Origin: Actinomycetota bacterium
Lineage (GTDB): Bacteria > Actinomycetota > Acidimicrobiia > Acidimicrobiales > Ilumatobacteraceae
Direction of reading: 5' to 3'
Length of the DNA: 64,000 bases
Assembly (NCBI GenBank): GCA_009919275.1
Contig: RGCG01000003.1
Coordinates: 5,455-69,454, forward strand
The position numbers were made by a program, and so were the translations under genes. Positions 19,634 through 26,603 of the stretch are shown piece after piece. The notes beneath the pieces were generated by a model. It was given only the letters and a program-made list of their open reading frames with translations. It was not told the origin of the DNA and made no database searches. Position 1 is the stretch's first letter. The number at the start of each line of letters is the position of its first letter.

Positions 19634-20488
19634 TCAGCCGCCGAGGCGGCTTTCGATCAGGTCGTTGTAAGCGTCGGGACGACGGTCTCGGTAGAACGCC
19701 CAGCGGTCGCGGACCTGTTTGATCTTGTCCATGTCGAGGTCGCGCACGATCAGTTCGGGCTTGTACGGGTCGCCGACTTCCCCGACGAACTTGCCCTCGG
19801 GATCGACGAAGTAGGACTGGCCGTAGAAATCGTTCTCGCCCAGCGGCTCAATGCCGACGCGGTTGATTGCGCCGACGTAGTACATGTTGGCGACAGCTGA
19901 TGCCGGCTGTTCGATGCGCCAGAGATACTCGGAGAGGCCGCGGTGCGTGGCGGACGGGTTGAAGACGATTTCGGCGCCGTTCACGCCGAGCGCACGCCAG
20001 CCCTCGGGGAAGTGCCGGTCGTAACAGATGTACACACCGACCTTGCCGACTGCAGTCTGGAAAACGGGGTAGCCGCCGGTGCCGGGCTTGAAATAGAACT
20101 TCTCCCAGAAGCCCTTCACCTGCGGAATGTGCTGCTTGCGGTACTTGCCGAGATACGTACCATCGGCGTCGATCACTGCGGCTGTGTTGTAGTACACGCC
20201 GGGCTGTACCACCTCGTACATGGGGAGTACCAGCACCATGCCGAGTTCCTTGGCGACGCTTTGGAAGCGCTGCGTGGTGGGGCCGTCGGGGATGTACTCG
20301 GTGTACGAGTAGTACTCGGCGTCCTGCACCTGGCAGAAGTACGGCCCGTAGAAGAGCTCTTGGAAGCACATCACCTGGGCTCCCTGCTTCTTTGCCTCAT
20401 GGGCAGCAGCCTCGTGCTTGTCGATCATGGCCTCTTTCGAACCGGGCCAGTCGGTCTGCAACAGAGCTGCCCGTACAACGTTCGCCAT
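19634..20488 (-). CDS. Nitrilase-superfamily N-carbamoyl-beta-alanine amidohydrolase (beta-ureidopropionase-like)
   Basis: The CN-hydrolase triad context is present: CFQELF (Glu), YRKQHIP (Lys) and ICYDRHFPE (Cys). It is the first gene of the operon. Confidence 0.8.
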   Translation of the reverse strand: MANVVRAALLQTDWPGSKEAMIDKHEAAAHEAKKQGAQVMCFQELFYGPYFCQVQDAEYYSYTEYIPDGPTTQRFQSVAKELGMVLVLPMYEVVQPGVYYNTAAVIDADGTYLGKYRKQHIPQVKGFWEKFYFKPGTGGYPVFQTAVGKVGVYICYDRHFPEGWRALGVNGAEIVFNPSATHRGLSEYLWRIEQPASAVANMYYVGAINRVGIEPLGENDFYGQSYFVDPEGKFVGEVGDPYKPELIVRDLDMDKIKQVRDRWAFYRDRRPDAYNDLIESRLGG

Positions 20489-20610
20489 CTCGCGAATTCC
20501 TTCCCCTTTGAGCGCCGAAACGGAGGCTTTACGATTTGTTCAGCCTCACGTACGTCATAGTAGTGACACATTCGAGGGCGTCGAAATGGCTCGCGCGGGA
20601 AGGGCTGAAG

Positions 20611-21030
20611 GTGAACGAAAACGCAAAACTGCCGAAACAGTTCCGGTTGTCGACCAACGCCGAACGGATCTTGACCGAGGCTGTCACGGGGACCCTGTGC
20701 ATCGTCGATGGGCGGGGAGCGCCGAATGCGACCCCGGTGTGGTTCTTGTGGCAGAACGGCACGCTGGTCGTGAGCACCCGAGCCGGCCGCCAAAAGCACG
20801 TCAATGCGCTGCGGGCCGGGTTCGGGTCATTCAGCGTCGTCGACCCGACGAACGAGTCGAACTACGTCGAACTGAGGGGAGTGCTGACGGTGGTGGACGA
20901 CCCCGACTACGCCCTGCGTGATGCGATCGTTCGAAAGCACGGTCACGCCGACGGCTCGGCGTTCGACCCACCGGGCACGCATCGGATCGCGATCGTTCTC
21001 ACCCCCGAACGTGCGCTCGGGCGTAACTGA
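20611..21030 (+). CDS. PPOX-class (pyridoxamine-5'-phosphate-oxidase-like) split-barrel protein, probably F420-dependent
   Basis: GTLCIVDGRGAPNATPVWFLWQNGTLVVSTRAGRQKHVNAL...YVELRGV is typical of the family. The GTG at 20611 gives 139 aa. The ORF track's ATG at 20536 is the alternative start. Confidence 0.65.
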   Translation: MNENAKLPKQFRLSTNAERILTEAVTGTLCIVDGRGAPNATPVWFLWQNGTLVVSTRAGRQKHVNALRAGFGSFSVVDPTNESNYVELRGVLTVVDDPDYALRDAIVRKHGHADGSAFDPPGTHRIAIVLTPERALGRN

Positions 21031-21042
21031 GGCAATAGCCGT

Positions 21043-21591
21043 CTACTTCTTCTTCGCTTTTTCCGCGGCACGGCGTGCCTTGCGTGCCTCGCGCTTTGCA
21101 GCTTGGGCCGCCTCGTCGACGACGCGAAGCTGGGCGGCCGGACTTTGAGACACGGGAAGCGTGAATCGCTCGTCGGTTGCGATGAGCTTTTTGAAGCCCT
21201 GAAGCGACAGTGAGTATTGGATTGCCATGAGCTTCACCATGTCGAGGCCGAACTTCTCGGTCACGTCGGGAAGGATCGCCTGAAGGTCGTCGAGCGTCGG
21301 ATCATCGGATGCGGATCCCAGAACGTCGATGCAGTGTCGGGTGCACGGCTCGCACAAAACGACGCACACGTCGCCGGCGCACCGCCGGCGTTGGGCTCCT
21401 TCGCGAATGCGGGCAGCAAGGGTCGACTCGTCGTCGTACGCGGCCGCGCCGAGACCCGCGACCTGCGCGAGCACATCGCGCAGTTCCTCTTCGAGAGCGA
21501 GAGCCGCCGAGGTGAGCGATTCATCGCTGAGGGCCGCAAGAGCGTTCACAAAGCGACGCTCGAGAATGATCGATTCACGCGAAGATGTCAC
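21043..21591 (-). CDS. Hypothetical protein with a Cys cluster and a Lys/Ala-rich basic C-terminal tail
   Basis: The ORF has actinobacterial codon usage. The Cys cluster is CAGDVCVVLCEPCTRHC and the tail is AAQAAKREARKARRAAEKAKKK. I did not recognise a family. The start (GTG at 21589-21591) is uncertain. Confidence 0.5.
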   Translation of the reverse strand: MTSSRESIILERRFVNALAALSDESLTSAALALEEELRDVLAQVAGLGAAAYDDESTLAARIREGAQRRRCAGDVCVVLCEPCTRHCIDVLGSASDDPTLDDLQAILPDVTEKFGLDMVKLMAIQYSLSLQGFKKLIATDERFTLPVSQSPAAQLRVVDEAAQAAKREARKARRAAEKAKKK

Positions 21592-21636
21592 GTGTCGATT
21601 GTATTCATCGATTCGGTGCGCTGATAGTTTCGCGAC

Positions 21637-21993
21637 GTGAGCGTGAGGATCGAGCCATCCGATGTTGCGCGGGTCGTCGCACGCAGGCCGTACGCGTACG
21701 TCGTCACGGCAACCGACGACGCACGACCTCACCTGAGGGCGGTCGTGCCCACGTGGTCAGCGTCGATCGCGGCCTTCACCGTGCGCGTGGGTTCTCAGAC
21801 GTCGACGAATGTCGAACGATCCGGAACGGTGACACTGATGTGGCCGCCCATGGCGATTGCGGAGCAAGCGCAAGAATTCGATGACCACACGGTGATTGTC
21901 GACTGCGACGCGAAGTGTTCGCCCAACGGTGACTCGTTCGAATTGTCGGCAACGCCTTCACGCGCGGTGTGGCATCGCCCCGCACGGGCATGA
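21637..21993 (+). CDS. Small PPOX-like / split-barrel flavin- or deazaflavin-binding protein (tentative)
   Basis: The length is 118 aa. [21 protein letters not shown]...TVTLMWPP...AVWHRPA resembles the family. The call is weak. Confidence 0.45.
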   Translation: MSVRIEPSDVARVVARRPYAYVVTATDDARPHLRAVVPTWSASIAAFTVRVGSQTSTNVERSGTVTLMWPPMAIAEQAQEFDDHTVIVDCDAKCSPNGDSFELSATPSRAVWHRPARA

Positions 21994-22174
21994 CGGAGCC
22001 ACTCGCGTGGTGTTGCGGAGTGAGGTCGACTACAGCGGTCGGACCCGAGACGAGCGTGCGCCGACCGGTTCCCTGGATGTTGGAGAAGTGGACGAAGATG
22101 TCGTCGCCATCCTCGCGGGAGATGAAGCCGTAGCCCTTCTCATCGTTGAAGAACTTCACGGTACCGATTGGCAT
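21776..22174 (-). CDS. csp: Cold-shock-domain protein with a non-canonical C-terminal extension
   Basis: [37 protein letters not shown] carries RNP-1 (KGYGFI) and RNP-2 (IFVHF). There is no stop at the usual position (about 67 aa), and the ORF runs to 132 aa, antisense to the 3' end of the 21637-21993 gene. Confidence 0.7.
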   Translation of the reverse strand: MPIGTVKFFNDEKGYGFISREDGDDIFVHFSNIQGTGRRTLVSGPTAVVDLTPQHHASGSVMPVRGDATPRVKALPTIRTSHRWANTSRRSRQSPCGHRILALAPQSPWAATSVSPFRIVRHSSTSENPRAR

Positions 22175-22262
22175 TTATTTCTCGTTTCTCGATTACTTGC
22201 CCCATGAGCGTATAACTGTGATCTCGCAGTGAGAACCCGTGCTCAGATCTTTTTGACTTTTG

Positions 22263-23093
22263 TCAATCGCTGACAAGTGCCTGAATTTCGCCCACCGACA
22301 CCCGAACGAGCCTCGTTGTGCGCCGATTGGGCAGCCGCCCGCTCGCGCCGCGGTTCGATTTCCACGAAATCGCCCATTCGATCGACACCCGCGCCCCGAC
22401 GTTGCGCACCGGACGCGAATAGACATGGGAACACGGTCCAACGATGGCGTCGCCCATCGCCTCGTGCCAGACGACCCCAGGCCCCGCGCAGCCTCGTTTC
22501 CCCCCGCCCCGTGCATGGGGGTCAGCCGGATCGACCAACAAACGCACGGGTTTGGCGGTCGCGCGCACCGTCAGCGGACCGGTCGGAGTCGGCAGCCAGA
22601 CGCTGACCGAGATGGTTCGCCAGGATGCGCGTGACACCCACCACCACATCGGCACCTTGACGACCCCGCGGTGCGCCGGGGGTGCGGTACCGACAAGCGG
22701 AACGGGAATGAGGCCGAGTGCGTACGTCGAAGCCTGCGATGCCATCGTTTCGGCCGAGACCACCGGAACCCAGTGGTAGGTGAGTTCGAACCCGCCCGAC
22801 GTGGTCTTTGACGGGCAGATCCGTGCGTACCACCGATACGTGACGCCGTCGCGCTCCATGTAGTGGGATCTTTCGTCGCCATCGGTGACAACTGTTGTGT
22901 TCCAGCGGCATGCGGTCGTTTCGCGGTGACCGGGTTCACCGACGTTCAGGCCAACGATCAGGGTTGAGCCGCTGCCGCCGACGTCGATTTCACTGCTCGC
23001 CGATGCGGCAGGGGCTGCAGAAACCACCGTTGCACAGGTCGCCGTGACGATGAGCACGCGGAAAATTCGTGAAGTGAAGATGCCTCTTGGCAC
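22263..23093 (-). CDS. Secreted hypothetical protein
   Basis: The GTG at 23091-23093 gives the signal-like N-terminus VPRGIFTSRIFRVLIVTATCATVVSAAPAASA. I did not recognise a family. Confidence 0.5.
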   Translation of the reverse strand: MPRGIFTSRIFRVLIVTATCATVVSAAPAASASSEIDVGGSGSTLIVGLNVGEPGHRETTACRWNTTVVTDGDERSHYMERDGVTYRWYARICPSKTTSGGFELTYHWVPVVSAETMASQASTYALGLIPVPLVGTAPPAHRGVVKVPMWWWVSRASWRTISVSVWLPTPTGPLTVRATAKPVRLLVDPADPHARGGGKRGCAGPGVVWHEAMGDAIVGPCSHVYSRPVRNVGARVSIEWAISWKSNRGASGRLPNRRTTRLVRVSVGEIQALVSD

Positions 23094-23292
23094 GGTGCGG
23101 TCCTTTCGGTCGCGTCCCACCCCTATTGGGACCGCATGTGTTTGTCGGGCTGGCGACGGGTGGCGGGACACTCGTCCCCGACGCGAGAAGCATGACACGG
23201 TCACGTTCCAATGTGTGCGCAGCACCGGCCGATTGGAGCGTCTCGCAGGTACGCTCTACAGACCCCAAAAACGGCCATATGCAGCTTCCGAC

Positions 23293-25410
23293 ATGACCGC
23301 GACGCACCCCGATCTCCCCGAAGAGCAGGCATTCATCGACCACGCCTACGCGTGTCTCGAGCAGAGCCGCATCGACGCATGGAAGTTGCGCGATCTGTCC
23401 GAGCCCGGACTCGGCGGTACTTTCCAAGCGCGGTACGAGCGAGACGTTTTCGACGAGGCTCTGGTCAACCGGCTCACCCAGCTCGACCTCGGCGACGCCG
23501 CACTGGTGTTCGGTCGCATCGACCGATACGCCGAGAGCCCCGACAAGATCGAGAGCTTCCACATCGGTCGCCTCGCCGTTGCTGATCAGTTGCGCGAACC
23601 CGTCGTCATCGACTGGCGTGCCCCGGTTGCCGAGCCGTTTTACCGCGCGACAGGTCGCGAAACGATGGGTCTCGCCCGCCGCCGGCACTTCGCGGTACAA
23701 GGACGCCAACTCCTCGGTCTCGAAGACGAGTTGTTCGGTGACGGACACATCGGCATTGGCCACGACGACGGGCTTGCCGTGGCGTCATCGGGCTTGCGCG
23801 GCTACAGCACGTTGCTGGCGGCGCTCGAGCGAGGTCGCACCGGTCAGTTGGGCGACATCGTTGCGACCATCCAAAGCGAACAGGACGAGATCATCCGCTC
23901 TCCGCAGCCGGGGGTCCTTGTCGTTCAGGGCGGTCCGGGAACCGGAAAGACCGTCGTTGCACTGCACCGAGCGGCATACCTTCTCTACACGTACCGCTTT
24001 CCATTGGAAGACCAGGGCGTTCTCGTCATCGGCCCGAACCGCGTCTTCTTGCGCTACATCGAGCGCGTCCTTCCGAGTCTCGGGGAAGCCGGCGTCGAAC
24101 AGGCGGTGCTTGCCGACCTCGTTCCGAGTGCAACGTACGGCGCACGCGACACGTGGCGGGCCGCGCAGGTCAAAGGTGACATTCGGATGGTGAAGGTGGT
24201 GGCCAAGGCCGCGTCTGATCGCGAACGACCGCTGCGCGAAGAACTCCGCTTGCCGTTCCGCTCGGGGTACGTGCGTGCATCGGCCGAAGCAACCGCCGAC
24301 ATCGTGCGAGGTGCGCGGCGACGTTTTCGTCGCCACAACGCGGCACGTCGCTGGGTCGAAAACGAGTTGTTGTCGGTGCTTGCGTCGTCATGGCGCGAGC
24401 CGGGAGTCACTGCGACGCACGTACGTGACGCTGTGCGATCGCTGCCCGACTACAAGGTGGCGCTCGAGCGAATGTGGCCCGTTCTGACCCCGGTCGACTT
24501 GCTGAACGACCTCTACGGATCGAAGGCCCTTTTGCGGTTGGCGGGGGAGAAACACCTGTCGGAGGCCGAGTACCTCTCGTTGTACCGCCCCCGTGTGAGC
24601 AACATCGAGGATGCGCGATTCAGCGAGAACGACGTTGCGATCCTCGACGAAGCGTTCGAAGTGCTCGGCCCGCCACCGCGCAAAGCGGGGAAGATCGACG
24701 AGTCCGACGACATTCGGACCTACGGACACATCGTTGTCGACGAGGTCCAGGACCTCACTCCGATGCAACTGCGAATGGTGGCGCGTCGCTCGTTGAACGG
24801 TTCGATGACCGTGGTTGGCGACATTGCCCAGGCGACCGGCGCACTGGCTCCCGAATCGTGGAACGACGTTCTGGCTCACCTTCCGAATCGCAAGGAACCT
24901 CGTGTCGTTGGCCTTTCGGTCGGCTACCGAATTCCGGGATCAATCATGGAACTGGCCGACCGGGTAATGGAAGCGGCTGCACCAGGTTTGCGAGCACCAC
25001 GGTCGGTGCGCGGCGGCGGTACGGCACCGTCCATCGTGCACGCCGCGTCTCATTCGGGCGACCTCGCCCGGGCCGTCGTGGAAGAGACAGCACGCCTCGC
25101 GGAACAGTTGCCGTCGGGCAACGTCGCCGTCGTTTGTCCCGATGCGATGGTCGAATCGTTGTCATCCCACCTCGGAATCGCGGGTGTCGTCCACGGTCGT
25201 GCGGCCACCAGCGCCCTCGACTCCGGTCTCACGGTTGTTCCGGTGAGCCTGGTGAAGGGTCTCGAACTCGACGGGGTTGTGGTGGTCGAGCCCGCAGACA
25301 TCGTCGACGACGAGTCGATGGGGCTTCGTGCGCTCTACGTCGCATTGACGCGCGCAACCCAACGCCTCACCGTTGTGCATGCGCGCGATCTCCCAATCTG
25401 CATGCGTTGA
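23293..25410 (+). CDS. helD: HelD-type UvrD/Rep superfamily-1 helicase-like ATPase (RNA polymerase-associated HelD)
   Basis: The N-terminal HelD-like region is FHIGRLAVAD...VIDWRAPVAEPFYRAT. Walker A is GGPGTGKT, followed by IVVDEVQDLTPMQ and the C-terminal LYVALTRATQRL. The ATG at 23293 is in the frame of the 23044 ORF. Confidence 0.8.
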   Translation: MTATHPDLPEEQAFIDHAYACLEQSRIDAWKLRDLSEPGLGGTFQARYERDVFDEALVNRLTQLDLGDAALVFGRIDRYAESPDKIESFHIGRLAVADQLREPVVIDWRAPVAEPFYRATGRETMGLARRRHFAVQGRQLLGLEDELFGDGHIGIGHDDGLAVASSGLRGYSTLLAALERGRTGQLGDIVATIQSEQDEIIRSPQPGVLVVQGGPGTGKTVVALHRAAYLLYTYRFPLEDQGVLVIGPNRVFLRYIERVLPSLGEAGVEQAVLADLVPSATYGARDTWRAAQVKGDIRMVKVVAKAASDRERPLREELRLPFRSGYVRASAEATADIVRGARRRFRRHNAARRWVENELLSVLASSWREPGVTATHVRDAVRSLPDYKVALERMWPVLTPVDLLNDLYGSKALLRLAGEKHLSEAEYLSLYRPRVSNIEDARFSENDVAILDEAFEVLGPPPRKAGKIDESDDIRTYGHIVVDEVQDLTPMQLRMVARRSLNGSMTVVGDIAQATGALAPESWNDVLAHLPNRKEPRVVGLSVGYRIPGSIMELADRVMEAAAPGLRAPRSVRGGGTAPSIVHAASHSGDLARAVVEETARLAEQLPSGNVAVVCPDAMVESLSSHLGIAGVVHGRAATSALDSGLTVVPVSLVKGLELDGVVVVEPADIVDDESMGLRALYVALTRATQRLTVVHARDLPICMR

Positions 25411-25439
25411 CTGCGCGTGCATGCGGTGACGAGTTTGAT

Positions 25440-25868
25440 CTAACCCGCAGCGAGCAGTGGCTCGATCGCCAATTGGAGAAAACGTGTCGCTTTGTCGGCA
25501 TCGGCGGGTCGTTTGCGCTCGACCGCCGTCTCATAGAGACCAATGAGTCGCCGTAGGTCGTCGGCTTGGTCGCTGCCGAGATCGGCGATTTGCGGCGTGA
25601 TTGCCTGCCACGTGGCGCGGATGTCGGCGAGTTTTGCTCGAGCAGTGGCCATCTCACCCGAAGCGATGTCGTTGCCGAGACTCGCTCCGATGCCGAGGAT
25701 CGAGCCAAACAACTCAGCGACGGTGCCCCGCGGAATCGTGGTGGTGGTCGACGCCGGTGCCGTGCTCGTTGCGGCGGTGTCGCCTTCGATGGTGGTGGCA
25801 CAAGCGCCAAGGCCCAGCGCGGCGACAACGGCAAGTGCGGCGAGCGACGAGCGGTTGTTGCGGCGCAT
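25440..25868 (-). CDS. Small helical lipoprotein, function unknown
   Basis: The lipobox is ALGLGAC. The ATG at 25866-25868 overlaps the upstream regulator's stop (ATGA). Confidence 0.6.
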   Translation of the reverse strand: MRRNNRSSLAALAVVAALGLGACATTIEGDTAATSTAPASTTTTIPRGTVAELFGSILGIGASLGNDIASGEMATARAKLADIRATWQAITPQIADLGSDQADDLRRLIGLYETAVERKRPADADKATRFLQLAIEPLLAAG

Positions 25869-26536
25869 CAGTTCGCCGCAACGACGAGCAACCGAGCGGA
25901 CGCGTACGGGTCGACGGTGACGCTTCGACCCTGAATCACGACCACGACACTGCCGTCGGTGTTCGTGGTGTCGACGGTGCCGCGTCGGCCGGGAAGCAAT
26001 TCCGATGATTCGAGGAAGTCGAGAATGCCCGGCGCGAACTCGAGCGTTTCGGGGATTCGCGCGACGGTGAAGTCGCTGCCTTCGATGACGCCCGCGAGGG
26101 GTTTGGCCGCCTCGGCGACGAAACCGGTTCCGGGAATCGGATTGCCGTGAGGGCAGGTCATCGGATTTCCGAGAATGCGGACCATCGCTGTCTCGACTTC
26201 GTCGGACATGACGTGTTCCCACTTTCCTGCTTCGCGATGCGCCGTCGCCCATGACAATCCGAGGATGTCGGTGAGAAAACGTTCGGCCAACCGGTGTTTG
26301 CGCACGACGCTGACGGCGAGGCCAAGGCCGGCTTCGGTGAGATTGATCGAGGTGCCGTCGGTGCGGACCAGACCCTCGGCTTCCATTCGCTTCACCATCT
26401 CCGAGACGGAGGGCCGTGAAACCCCGAGTCGCTCGGCGATTCGGGCCTGAATGACCGGAACGTTGTCCTCGTGGAGTTCGTAGATGCACTCGCAGTATTC
26501 CTCGAACGCTGGGTGGTGCTCTCCCGGGTGCGGCAT
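25868..26536 (-). CDS. DtxR/IdeR/MntR-family metal-dependent transcriptional repressor with a C-terminal SH3/FeoA-like domain
   Basis: EEYCECIYEL, the HTH IAERLGVSRPSVSEMVKRME, RKHRLAERFL and EAGKWEHVMSDEVE are present. The residue equivalent to IdeR Cys102 is Gly. I chose the start at MPHPGEHH (26534-26536). Confidence 0.8.
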   Translation of the reverse strand: MPHPGEHHPAFEEYCECIYELHEDNVPVIQARIAERLGVSRPSVSEMVKRMEAEGLVRTDGTSINLTEAGLGLAVSVVRKHRLAERFLTDILGLSWATAHREAGKWEHVMSDEVETAMVRILGNPMTCPHGNPIPGTGFVAEAAKPLAGVIEGSDFTVARIPETLEFAPGILDFLESSELLPGRRGTVDTTNTDGSVVVVIQGRSVTVDPYASARLLVVAAN

Positions 26537-26603
26537 GTGAGTGAGCCTAATGTGCCGGCCCGGCTGGTCGTCTTGTCGCACCGTTCAATTAGCGTCATTC
26601 GCA

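Noticed and set aside
22261-22266. TTGACA (minus strand) as the -35 box of the csp promoter.
   Set aside because: I found no acceptable TAnnnT -10 element at 16-19 nt spacing. It also overlaps the stop of the upstream gene. The roughly 85-nt AT-richer leader is typical of csp genes, but I cannot place the promoter.
26537-26603. A possible IdeR/DtxR operator (TGAGTGAGCCTAATGTG) in the regulator/lhr intergenic region.
   Set aside because: It has only partial resemblance to the 19-bp iron-box palindrome TTAGGTTAGSCTAACCTAA and poor dyad symmetry. It is not reportable without a matrix scan.
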